Virus record (IMG/VR): IMGVR_UViG_3300003097_000006
Length of the DNA stretch: 64,000 nucleotides
Strand: one strand, 5' to 3'
Source: a virus
Taxonomy: Duplodnaviria; Heunggongvirae; Uroviricota; Caudoviricetes
In this document: positions 52,280 to 62,400 of the stretch, piece after piece
Layout of the letters: each line of letters opens with the position of its first letter
How positions within the stretch are numbered: position 1 is the stretch's first letter
The notes under the pieces: generated by a model
Database searches by the model: none
Seen by the model: the letters and a program-made list of their open reading frames with translations, nothing else
What the model was told of the DNA's origin: nothing
Made by a program: the position numbers and the translations under genes

Positions 52280-53103
52280 CTGTAGAAACTGGTGCTAGTT
52301 TCATCAACCAATTGAATGAAACGTACCCTCGAAAAAGTGACCTCATCAAAGAGGGTGATGACCACCTGAGACTTATTAAACAGGTTCTCAAGCAGACTCT
52401 CCCGAACTTTGACCGAGCAATCACTATGACTGGCGCAACTCTGAACCTGTTGAACACGGTTCTGACGCCAACCGCTGATACACTAACAATAAATACAGGC
52501 GTGAAGGCGGTCGCCAACAAGACATATGATTTTGCTGCTAACAAGCTAACAAACGTAGCCAACCCATCAAACCCCCAAGATGTTGTTACTCTTAACTATC
52601 TGACTGGTGGTGCAGGTGCTCAAGTTGCTTGGCCTGTTGGTTCTATTTACATGAGTGTAGATACTCGTAACCCATCAGCCTATATGGGCTTTGGTACTTG
52701 GGTTCAGTTTGCTTCTGGCAGATGTATCATTGGTTCTGGTACGACTGTTGATGGTCGTGGTGAATCAAGGGTGTTTAACCTGAACCAAACCGGTGGTAAC
52801 TACCAGCATCAGCTGTCTACTGCCGAAATGCCCAGCCACTCTCATGGACACAACCTTTCAGGTACTACTTCCGTTGAAGGTGCTCACAACCATGCTATTA
52901 GAACAGGTAGTCAGCGTATGTCAATCGATGACGTTCGTGGTAACTGGTTCCGTGCAAACGACCAAGTCAACTACACTGAATATGCCGGTGCTCACAGCCA
53001 CGTTGTAACAATTGCAGGTGGTATTTCAGCGACAGGTGGTAATGCTTCACACAATATTACTCAACCATACGTTGTTGTTAACATCTGGAGAAGAACTGCG
53101 TAA
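52276..53103 (+). CDS. tail fibre protein with phage tail-collar domain
   Basis: GSIYMSVDTRNPSAYMGFGTWVQFASGRCIIGSG...LSTAEMPSHSHGH is the tail-collar signature. Confidence 0.65.
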   Translation: MTVETGASFINQLNETYPRKSDLIKEGDDHLRLIKQVLKQTLPNFDRAITMTGATLNLLNTVLTPTADTLTINTGVKAVANKTYDFAANKLTNVANPSNPQDVVTLNYLTGGAGAQVAWPVGSIYMSVDTRNPSAYMGFGTWVQFASGRCIIGSGTTVDGRGESRVFNLNQTGGNYQHQLSTAEMPSHSHGHNLSGTTSVEGAHNHAIRTGSQRMSIDDVRGNWFRANDQVNYTEYAGAHSHVVTIAGGISATGGNASHNITQPYVVVNIWRRTA

Positions 53104-53112
53104 GGAGTTACA

Positions 53113-54825
53113 ATGCCTATTTTTAGATTAAGAGGTCTTGGTAACAAGGGTGTCGTAACAGACACCCCTCCTTTTGATTTACCACCTGATACTTGGTCAG
53201 ACGCTCGAAATGTTCGTTTCCAAGCTGGTAGGGTTCAAAAGGTTGGAGGCAATAAGCCAGCTGTTACTCGAAACATGCCAGCAAATAGGGTTCCACTTTC
53301 AATCGTCCAAAGACCATTGAGTGAATCTATTATTTATGGCGCTTATAACCCTGCAACTCTTCGTGGAGATTTGTGGAGAATTGAAGGTCCAACTCACACT
53401 AACATCAGTAAAAGAAACTCTGGTGGCACTGGCCCAATCGACTACGAAGTACGTCCATCTCAAACTTGGGATTATACAACCCTTTCTAACACGGTAATTT
53501 TCTCAACCCCTCTGACAAACCCACAAGGTCTTGCTCCAGGTAAAGAGTATTTTGAAGACTTGCCAGGTTGGGGTATTCCTAAAAAGTCAGCACCGGGTGA
53601 AGTTAAGGATTGGAAAGCAAACAGAATTAGAGCCTATAAAAACTATTTATTGTGCTTAGGTATTATAGAAACTGGTACAGAATACCACCAACGCGTTAGA
53701 TGGTCTAACGTTGCTTATCTTAACAGCTTGCCACCAGATTGGTATGAAGATGATGAAACGGGTGATGGTGGTTTTAACGACCTCACAGACTCCCAATCTC
53801 ATATTATTGACGGAAGACCTCTCCGAGATTCATTTGTCATTTATACCAACCGAGATACGTTCATTATGGACTATGTTGGTGGTACGATGGTGTTTAACTT
53901 CCGTAAAATCTTTGCTGACTCTGGTATTCTGGCTCCAAACTGTTGTGTGGAATTCGAAGGTAAACACTTTGTTATCAGTGAAGAAGACATTTTTGTTCAT
54001 AATGGCTCTACAAGACAATCAGTTGCGACTGGTAGGATTAAGGAGAAGCTGATGAATGAAATATCATCTGTTAACTTCTTGGCAACTAAAGTTTACTCTT
54101 ATCCAACAAGAAAAGAGATTTGGATTACTTATGTTGGCCCAGGTAATACAGCAAACCCTGGTGGTACTGGTGATGATAACTTCGCATGTGACAAAGTAGC
54201 GATTTGGTCATGGCAGTATGACACTTGGTCATTTGCAGATTTGCCTAATATCTACGACATTGGTATGGGTATTCCACCCGATACAGATGCTCGTATTTGG
54301 GACCAATACAACCCAGATGGTACTCCTGGTGAAGACGGTCCAGAGTGGGACTCTACATCTGTTGAAGAGGATGTATGGGAGCAATTTTCTCAGACATTTA
54401 CAGCACATGTGATGTTTGCCCCATCAAGTGATGGGTTCTTCTATAATCTAGACACTGGCTACTTCAGTTATTCATATAACCCAACAACTCACTTGTTTGA
54501 CAGGGTTCCAGTTGTTTGTGAGGTAACAAAACAAGCAATTGATATGGATGAACAAGAACCAGATATCAGTTACTACAAATGGTGGAGGGCAGTATATCCA
54601 CAAATGGCAGGTTCAGGAACCGTCAGGTTCTTTGTTGGTGGCTCTGATAATCCATACAAAGACCCAGATTGGGATTCAACACAAGATTATATTATCGGTG
54701 TTGATACAAAAGTGGACTGCTTCAGTAACTATCGTTATCCAGCGATTAAGATTCAAGATACCGCAGAAGGTGCTTGGAGCTTTACTGGATTTGATGTTGA
54801 ATACTTCAGAGAAGGTAATAGATAA
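53113..54825 (+). CDS. hypothetical tail protein (570 aa)
   Basis: Plus-strand ORF in the tail-fibre cluster. Confidence 0.6.
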   Translation: MPIFRLRGLGNKGVVTDTPPFDLPPDTWSDARNVRFQAGRVQKVGGNKPAVTRNMPANRVPLSIVQRPLSESIIYGAYNPATLRGDLWRIEGPTHTNISKRNSGGTGPIDYEVRPSQTWDYTTLSNTVIFSTPLTNPQGLAPGKEYFEDLPGWGIPKKSAPGEVKDWKANRIRAYKNYLLCLGIIETGTEYHQRVRWSNVAYLNSLPPDWYEDDETGDGGFNDLTDSQSHIIDGRPLRDSFVIYTNRDTFIMDYVGGTMVFNFRKIFADSGILAPNCCVEFEGKHFVISEEDIFVHNGSTRQSVATGRIKEKLMNEISSVNFLATKVYSYPTRKEIWITYVGPGNTANPGGTGDDNFACDKVAIWSWQYDTWSFADLPNIYDIGMGIPPDTDARIWDQYNPDGTPGEDGPEWDSTSVEEDVWEQFSQTFTAHVMFAPSSDGFFYNLDTGYFSYSYNPTTHLFDRVPVVCEVTKQAIDMDEQEPDISYYKWWRAVYPQMAGSGTVRFFVGGSDNPYKDPDWDSTQDYIIGVDTKVDCFSNYRYPAIKIQDTAEGAWSFTGFDVEYFREGNR

Positions 54826-55040
54826 TGGCAGATGCTATTGACAGGACAAAACAGCCATACCGACTTTATAAGCCACTGTTCCTTGATGTGAACCATTTGA
54901 AGATGGACTTGGACCGAGAGTTCGAGTCTGTCTCTCAGGCTTTGATTTGGGTGACTTCAAACATGAACATCATTGTTGATGCTCTTAATACACTACTTCC
55001 ACCAGGCAGTAAAATTGAACTGGTGTATCCTACTAAGTAA
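54825..55040 (+). CDS. hypothetical protein (71 aa)
   Basis: Plus-strand ORF with an ATGA overlap with the upstream gene. Confidence 0.45.
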   Translation: MADAIDRTKQPYRLYKPLFLDVNHLKMDLDREFESVSQALIWVTSNMNIIVDALNTLLPPGSKIELVYPTK

Positions 55041-55050
55041 GGAGTAAGAA

Positions 55051-56292
55051 ATGGGTAAATCTAAGTCTCAGACTCAGAAGACGAGTTCTAAAACTGAGAA
55101 CAATCCGTGGGGGCCTGCCCAAGACCAACTCAAAGATATTTTGAGTGAAGCTCAGAAACAGTACGAGGCTACAGGTGGTCTTGATGGTAACTGGATTGAT
55201 AAACAGTTTCCAGACTTGACACCAGAGATGAAAAACTCTTTACAGAATCTTGCATCATCTGGGAATCTAAATCAAGTCGCTGACAACATCAATGCCATTA
55301 CAGCGGGTGGTGCTGGTAACGTTAATAACGCTTCCAATGCATTAACTGGTTTGGCTCAAGGTGGTATCACAGGCCAGCAAGTAAATGACCTGGCAGCACA
55401 ACTTTATGACAATGACACTGTTAATTCTCAAATTTCTAACCTGACAGATGATGTCAATAAGAACTACGATAAACAGGTTCAAGGTCTTAACCAAGCCGCT
55501 GTATCTTCTGGTAACATGGGCTCCTCTCGTGCTGGTGTTGCTCAAGGTGTTATGGCAGGGGAAGCAAACAAAGCAATTGCAAAAGGTACTGCTGATATTC
55601 AAAACACTGCAAGGACGAATGCTTATAACCAAGCACTTGGGACTTTGCAGGGCAATCAGCAAACAAACCTGAATGCTGCTGGTCAGTTGGGCCAGTTGGG
55701 TATGAATCAAGGTTCTCTCCAAGCTGGTAACGCTGGTATTTACCAGAATATCCTCCAGAACGAAGCAACTGCTGCTAATACCACTCAAACGCAAGCTCAA
55801 GGTCAAGCCGAAAACAATTGGTTTAACCAAATGGGTCAAGCTAATGCAGGTTGGGATAACTTGTCCAAATATCTGCAAATGGTTGGTGCAATTGGTGGAA
55901 TGGGTGGCACTTCCAACACCACTGGTAAGACCACAGCATCTGGTGGTGGCGGTGGTATGTTTAACTCCATTCTTGGTATGGGCTCTACTGGTGCTGGTAT
56001 TATCGGTGCTGGTGCTCAAGCAGGTTGGTGGTCTGACGCTTCCATGAAGAAGAATGTTAAGAAAACCGGCAAGACTAAAGATGGTACGAACACCTATGAG
56101 TGGGAGTGGAACAAGGCTGGTGAGAAGAAGGGTATGAAAGGTAAAGGTTCTGGTGTACTTGCACAAGATGTTGCCAAATCTAACCCAGAAGCAGTTAAGA
56201 AAACTCCGGATGGTAAGCTGATGGTTGATTATGATAAAACCCAGGTTACTCCGAAGAACTCTAAAGCTAAGAAGAAAAAGGGTAAAAAATAA
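55051..56292 (+). CDS. Gly/Asn/Gln-rich fibre-like protein with C-terminal intramolecular chaperone (peptidase S74-like) domain
   Basis: The C-terminus ...WWSDASMKKNVKKTGKTKDGTNTYEWEW...VLAQDVAKSNPEAVK resembles the S(D)xxLKxN(V/I) autoproteolytic chaperone block of fibre and endosialidase C-termini. Confidence 0.55.
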   Translation: MGKSKSQTQKTSSKTENNPWGPAQDQLKDILSEAQKQYEATGGLDGNWIDKQFPDLTPEMKNSLQNLASSGNLNQVADNINAITAGGAGNVNNASNALTGLAQGGITGQQVNDLAAQLYDNDTVNSQISNLTDDVNKNYDKQVQGLNQAAVSSGNMGSSRAGVAQGVMAGEANKAIAKGTADIQNTARTNAYNQALGTLQGNQQTNLNAAGQLGQLGMNQGSLQAGNAGIYQNILQNEATAANTTQTQAQGQAENNWFNQMGQANAGWDNLSKYLQMVGAIGGMGGTSNTTGKTTASGGGGGMFNSILGMGSTGAGIIGAGAQAGWWSDASMKKNVKKTGKTKDGTNTYEWEWNKAGEKKGMKGKGSGVLAQDVAKSNPEAVKKTPDGKLMVDYDKTQVTPKNSKAKKKKGKK

Positions 56293-56324
56293 GGGGGCTT
56301 CGGCCCTCTTTTTAAGGAGGAGTA

Positions 56325-57236
56325 ATGGGTAACCTTTTAAAAGATGGTTTAGATTACGTCAAAATGACTGCTTGGGACCAACCTACTGGCATTCTTAAAG
56401 ATGTTGGTAAGGGTGATATTGGTGGTGCTTTTGGTAAGTGGAAACATACCTTTGGTGATAACAACGACGGTGAAGAAAAACTGCTTGGTGATGTGGGTAT
56501 TCGTGGATGGGTTGGCAGACACCCCACTGAATCAGCGGGCGCTGTTGTAGGTTCTATCTTTGGTGGTATTTATGCAGCCGGTGCTTATGGTGCTACCGCA
56601 GCAGCGGGCTCTGGTGCAGCCGCAGGTGCAGGTGGTGGAGCTGCCGCTACTGGTTCTTCTGCTTTAGGTGGAATTGGTGCAGGAGCTTACATGGCTCCAG
56701 CAGCTTCAGGTGGTGTAGCAACCACAGGTTCTGGTGCTGGTTTGGCATCTTCTGGTGCTCTTTCTGCTGCTTCAGCAAATGCTCCATCAACAATGGCACT
56801 GATTAACATGGGTAATGCTGGTGTTGGTGCTTCTGGTGCTACTGCTGGTGCTTCCAGTTTTACACCTGCTATGTTGACAACTCAAGGTGCTGCTGCATCT
56901 GGTGGTACTTATGGAGCTGCTTCTGCCCCTGCTGCAACTCTCAGTGTTCCTGCTGCTTCTGCAAGTACATATTCCCCATCATCTTTAGGTGCGGTTGAAT
57001 CTGTTAAAGGTGCTAGCAGTGGTATGAATGCTGGGGATTGGAATAACATTGCAAGATTGATGAATTCCATCAAACAACCAGAACAACAACAGCAACAACT
57101 TAGTCCTGCACCTGGTGGCAGAGCACCTGGCGGTAGTTTCAACTTTGACCGTAAGGCTTTCCAAAATCAGGCACTAACAAAGACGTACAGTGACTTATAT
57201 AACAACCCGACTCGGGCTGCTAATATTAAATTCTAA
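56325..57236 (+). CDS. Gly/Ala-rich low-complexity virion protein (303 aa)
   Basis: Long (G/A/S)n tracts. A GGAGGAG ribosome-binding site is present. Confidence 0.55.
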   Translation: MGNLLKDGLDYVKMTAWDQPTGILKDVGKGDIGGAFGKWKHTFGDNNDGEEKLLGDVGIRGWVGRHPTESAGAVVGSIFGGIYAAGAYGATAAAGSGAAAGAGGGAAATGSSALGGIGAGAYMAPAASGGVATTGSGAGLASSGALSAASANAPSTMALINMGNAGVGASGATAGASSFTPAMLTTQGAAASGGTYGAASAPAATLSVPAASASTYSPSSLGAVESVKGASSGMNAGDWNNIARLMNSIKQPEQQQQQLSPAPGGRAPGGSFNFDRKAFQNQALTKTYSDLYNNPTRAANIKF

Positions 57237-57246
57237 GGAGAGTTAG

Positions 57247-57795
57247 ATGGCCACTAATGCTTACTTAGAGCGTATGAATCAACTCCGTTCTGAAAGACGT
57301 CAGAATACAACTAGACAGCTAGAAGAAGCGGGCGTTCCGATTCGTCGCCCTCAAGAACATCAAGCTCCTGTTTCACCTTCAGGTGTTCCAACAGGACAAG
57401 CTCCGATTCCTCAAGAAGACGAGTCCTATAAAGATACTCACTTTTATAACGCATTTGAAGGTTATAAAGGTCAAGACCCTTACTTTGGTGGTGTAGTTGA
57501 TGAACTAACTCAACTAGCTACTGGATTGAGGGAGCAAGTTAAACTTGGCTATATGCCAGAACAAGTTGCTCGTCAAAGACTTACTCAGTTTGTTGGTGAT
57601 ACACAACAACACTTCATCAGAAACAAACCTAAGATTCAAGAAGAAGAGAAAAATCGTCAGATGCAGGCACTTCTTGGTGCTCTGACTCAGGTTTCTGGTG
57701 CTCAGGGTGGTCAAGAGCAACAACCACAGCAGCCTCAAGAGATTCCTCCTGAAGGCGTTTCCGCTCAACAAGCAGCTCAGATGGAGGGGCAATAA
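57247..57795 (+). CDS. Gln/Pro-rich protein (182 aa)
   Basis: Plus-strand ORF. Confidence 0.55.
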   Translation: MATNAYLERMNQLRSERRQNTTRQLEEAGVPIRRPQEHQAPVSPSGVPTGQAPIPQEDESYKDTHFYNAFEGYKGQDPYFGGVVDELTQLATGLREQVKLGYMPEQVARQRLTQFVGDTQQHFIRNKPKIQEEEKNRQMQALLGALTQVSGAQGGQEQQPQQPQEIPPEGVSAQQAAQMEGQ

Positions 57796-59426
57796 TGGCT
57801 GATTCACCTAGTTTAATGACTTACGCTATTGGCGCTTTAAACCCTCAAGTGGCTTACGGTGCTGGTATGCAGAACGTCAAAAGGGTTGTTAGTCCAGTGA
57901 TTAACACATCCTTGGCAGAGAATGATTTTAAAGAGGCCAATGGCCGATATCCTAATTCCGCTGAAGAACGTGATGCTTGGATTAAATCCCAAGGTCAGGG
58001 TGAACGGGACAGACGTGCTGCTCAACAGCAACCTACTCCAGATAACCCAGAAAACGCTGTTCAGCAACAACTTCCACTTGGTCCAGCGACTGAAGTAAGT
58101 GCTCAAGACCAAGCCGCTCAGCAAAGAGGTGTTTTAAGCACCGAATTGCAGAATCAAACTCAGAAGAAAGTAGATGCTACTGCTGCTGGTTACACTGATG
58201 TACCAGATGCTGCATCTAACCCTGTTGGTAACTTAGCTGCTAGAAATAGCAACAAAGCTGCTGGTATTGGTGGCTCTTCTGGTCAAATTAACTTTGGTGA
58301 AGGTGGTCCAAAAGCACCTACTGTTCAACAACAGCAGAACATGCAATTAGACCAGACTGGTAAACAACAAGCATTCAGTATGAAAGATATGCCTGCTTGG
58401 TACGAGTCTAACTCCTTCAACTATGGCTTAATCTCATTTGGTCTTAATCTACTGTCCGGTAATGATTTGGCAACATCTTTTAATGCTGCTGGTCAAGCTT
58501 TTGGTGACATGTATGGTCAAGAACGTAGACAAGCATGGGCACAAGATTTGATTTCTCAGGGTTACTCTCCTACAGAAGTTGAAGAATATGTTCGTACTGG
58601 TAAGTCTGATGTACTGACTGACCCAATGAAGAAACAAGCTCAACAGATTCAAATGCAGACTAATCTGCAACAGCTTAACAATCTGCAATACGAAAACTCA
58701 GACGAAATGCGTCAATACAAACTTGACCAAGATACGTTTGACCGTAATATCAAGATTCAACAACTTGATGATGCTCGTGCTGCTAGAGCTGAAACTGCTG
58801 CATTGCGTCGTGAACAAATGGCTGCTGCTGCTGAAGATAGAGCTTATCGCCGTCAAGAACGTGCTGATAAAGAAGCTGCTAAAGGTCAAGAGTATAAAGA
58901 GAACTTGGCGAAAGCTGAAAACTGGTATACTCGTGCTAGACAGGGTTATAAGAACTACGAAGACACTGTTAAAGGGTATGGTGGTACTGACAATATTTAC
59001 TCTAATAATGCGTTTGGTAAGTTAACACAAGGTGCTATGACCGATATGATTTTCTCCGGTGATACTACTAAAGAAGTTGCTGCTAAACAACTTGATGAGA
59101 AATTTGTTACCACAGTTAACCGTGAACGTGAGTTCCTTGCTCCACTGCTGCGTAAAGACTCTGGTGCTGCCATTTCTCAGAGTGAATGGAAAACCACAGG
59201 TGAGATTTACTTCCCACGTCCTGGTGATACCAAACAAGCCCAAGAGCAGAAAGCTCAGTCTCGTGTTGTTGCAATGATGTCTATGAACCCTCACGCCTCT
59301 GGCGAAATGAGGAGTGCAGTTGATAACTACACTATGGGTAATTTAAGAGCCCTCAAAGAGTCAAGAGGTAAGGTTTATGCTCAAACTCTTGATGGACAGT
59401 GGTTCGAAATTAACCAAAACAAATAA
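57795..59426 (+). CDS. Gln-rich coiled-coil protein, putative internal virion protein (543 aa)
   Basis: Plus-strand ORF. Confidence 0.6.
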   Translation: MADSPSLMTYAIGALNPQVAYGAGMQNVKRVVSPVINTSLAENDFKEANGRYPNSAEERDAWIKSQGQGERDRRAAQQQPTPDNPENAVQQQLPLGPATEVSAQDQAAQQRGVLSTELQNQTQKKVDATAAGYTDVPDAASNPVGNLAARNSNKAAGIGGSSGQINFGEGGPKAPTVQQQQNMQLDQTGKQQAFSMKDMPAWYESNSFNYGLISFGLNLLSGNDLATSFNAAGQAFGDMYGQERRQAWAQDLISQGYSPTEVEEYVRTGKSDVLTDPMKKQAQQIQMQTNLQQLNNLQYENSDEMRQYKLDQDTFDRNIKIQQLDDARAARAETAALRREQMAAAAEDRAYRRQERADKEAAKGQEYKENLAKAENWYTRARQGYKNYEDTVKGYGGTDNIYSNNAFGKLTQGAMTDMIFSGDTTKEVAAKQLDEKFVTTVNREREFLAPLLRKDSGAAISQSEWKTTGEIYFPRPGDTKQAQEQKAQSRVVAMMSMNPHASGEMRSAVDNYTMGNLRALKESRGKVYAQTLDGQWFEINQNK

Positions 59427-59437
59427 TGGAGATATGA

Positions 59438-62400
59438 ATGAACTTAGTAACTGACCCAGAACTGTTAAAGGAGTTAAATTCTGGATTTGGGGAGCTTCCG
59501 AGCTCTCCGTCAGTTTCACCACAGGGTGAGACGACGCCAGATACACAAACTCAAAGCGCTCCACAGGAAGGTCGTAGCTGGGGTTTATATAACCAGGAAG
59601 ATGGTTCTATTATGGATGCCATTGGTTCTGGTTTAACTCGTTTAGGAAGAGCAACAGCCGCTGGCTTTGTACCTTCTGGTGACGATGATATGTCCGATTA
59701 TGCTATCTCCCGTGCTCGTATTGCGAGTCAAGAGAATAAGCAAGATATGGATAAACTTGGTTATGCAGGTCAGGTTGCTGCTGGTGCAGCTACTTATGCC
59801 CCTGTAATTGCCGCTGGTCTTGCTAACCCTGTAGCGGGTGCTGCAATGATGGGTAGTGCTACGACTGCTGATGCTCTTGCATCTCAGATTGATAACAACC
59901 AAGATGTAAACCTTGACGATGCCATTGGTGCGGGGATTGTATCTGCTGGTGCTGATTTAGCCACTATGGGCGTAGCATCAAAAGGTATGGATATTGCTAA
60001 AACGTTAACTAGTCCACTTCGTCGTGGTGCTGCTGGCACTGCTGTACAAGCAGCTCAAGGGGCTTCCTCTAACGCAGCGTCTCAGGTGGCTGTTAACCTA
60101 GCTTCTGGTAGACCTTGGAATGAAGGTCTGGAAGAGGCTGCTGGTATTGGTGCTGTTGCAGGTGGTGGTTTACACGCATCTCTTGCAGGTTTAAACTACA
60201 GAACTGGTACTCCTAAGAACCAAGGTGGTCAGAAAGCTATTGAAGACCAAGTTAAGTTCGAAACTAAGTCTGGCATTCAACCTTCTAATGATTATCGTAA
60301 TCAGGTTTATGAATACGGTAACAAACGTCATGAGTATGACACTGATATTGACAACATTGACATTGATGATTTGAAAACCCTTGATACGGCTGTAAAGGCT
60401 AAAGTTGGGTTGTCAATGGAGAATGGTACTGCAACCGCTGTTCAGGATGCAGCTAAAGTTTATGAAAAGTTCAAGTTCCCTAATACGATTAATATTTGGG
60501 ACATCTCAGCTGGTCATGGTATTGCAAGTCCTGAAACTGGTAACATTGCTCGTGATTGGTTTAAAGCTACTCCACAAGAGTTGTCTGATGCTGGTGAATC
60601 AATTACCAGAGCTCGTCAAACAATGACTGGTCGTGCTAAAGCTCGTGAAGCAGGTGAGTTTGATACAGCATTCTCAGAGAAGTTGAAAAACTCTTATGAT
60701 GAAGCTCAAACTGACATGTATAACCGTGCTAAATCAAACCACAATCTGATTGAAACTATTCGTGCAAACTCTCGTGATGCTGAACGTGGCATGAAAGACA
60801 ACTTAACTGACCTGTCTCGTAGCCTAGATTCATATCAGAAAATGGTTCGTGATGCCAATAATGGACATGCTCCAGATTTGGATACACTTCGTCGTACATC
60901 TGAAGACATTGAGCGTCTGTCTAAACTCACTGGTACTCGTGACCAACTTAAATCACTGATTGGTGATTCTGAAAGATTTGACCCAGTTAGTAACTTGCAG
61001 ACTGCTTTGATTGTAGCTAAGGGTACAAAGAAACTGGATACTTCTATCCAGAATGCTAACCCTAACTCAATGAAGGTTTCTTCTGCTGCTGGTAACATGA
61101 TTGACGCTGCATCTGTTGCGACTGGCCAGTTCTGGATTCCAATGGTTCGTCATACTGCTAAAGAAATTGGCGGTAAGATGTCTCAACGTAGACTTCGTAA
61201 AGCTAAGGAAGCTGGTTCAGAAATGACTCGTTCCCTGGCACAAGAGCCTGCTGGTTTCCGTAACAGAGCTGCTGAAGCTGGTGATTTTAAAGGTGGTGCT
61301 GCTGAGGCTGCTGCTGATTTAGAATCAATGGGTATTAATACCGGCGGTGCTAAGCAGCAAGTTGAGAAGGATGTTTGGGGTCGTGAAGTTGAGCAACCAA
61401 CTCAGAGTCAAGATATGCCACCTCCGGCAGAACCGATTCCTGAGACTGCTCCAGTAGCTCCTCAAGAACCTGAGCTTGATGTTTGGGGTCGTCCGAAAGA
61501 GTTTACTGACCTGACTGGTCGAAATGTACGTGATGCTGAAGCCGAAGCTATTGCTAGACGTCAAGCTGAAGAAGCTGCTGCTAATGAGCCTACTCCTGTA
61601 GACCCAGAAGTATTAGCTGCTGAAAGGGCTAGACAAGCTGCTGCACTTTCTCAAGATGCTCGTGTCGATTCACAAAGACGTGCTCCTGTTCAAGAAGTTG
61701 AACCTGAACCCGCACCAGTCCGTAGTGAAGAAGAAATTGCCGCTGAAGCAGATAGAATCAGGGCAGAGGAAGAGGCTGCATTTTCTGCTCGTGAACAAGA
61801 AATTGCTTCACGTAACGCTGATAACGCTGCTAATGCTCGTGTTGAATCTCAACGTAGAACTCCACAAGAACAACCTGCTACAACTCCAGAAGAAGCTGAA
61901 GCATTGGCTCAAGCTCTTGTTGAAAGCAATCGTCGTAAAACTGAAAATGCTCGTGTAGATAATGCTCGTCGTGCCCCTAAAGAGGAAACCACTACAGAAC
62001 CTACACAGGAAGCTCCTAGAGCGACTGAAGAAGCAGAAACACCTGAAGCTAAGGCTGAGCCAGAGAAGGTCACAGAGCCTGAACTGGAGAGCGAGAAACA
62101 AGGTGTTAAATCTTCTGAATTGGTTAGACGTCCTATCTCTGACAGACTGGATGAGATTAAAAATCTCCCTGCTAAAGAGAAGAACACTATGCCTGTTATT
62201 AACGAAACTCAGAGACTTCGTCGTCAACTGAAAGAAGTTAATAAGGCAGTTAGCAACAGAGCAACTGCTCAGTCTATTCCAGAAGAGAATGTTTGGAGAA
62301 TCATCGAACGTCAAGGCGGTATTGATGAAGTCTTTGCAAATGGTAACTCTGCTGAGCGTGGTCTGAACTTGCTGTTGCAGAAGGATAAAGTTGAAGTTGC

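Noticed and set aside
55342-56166. 274-aa minus-strand ORF
   Set aside because: Antisense to the Gly/Asn-rich fibre gene. The composition is an artefact of the complementary repeats.
61808-62314. 168-aa minus-strand ORF and several short plus-strand ORFs inside the 1508-aa gene
   Set aside because: Shadow ORFs produced by the repetitive GCT/GAA-rich sequence.
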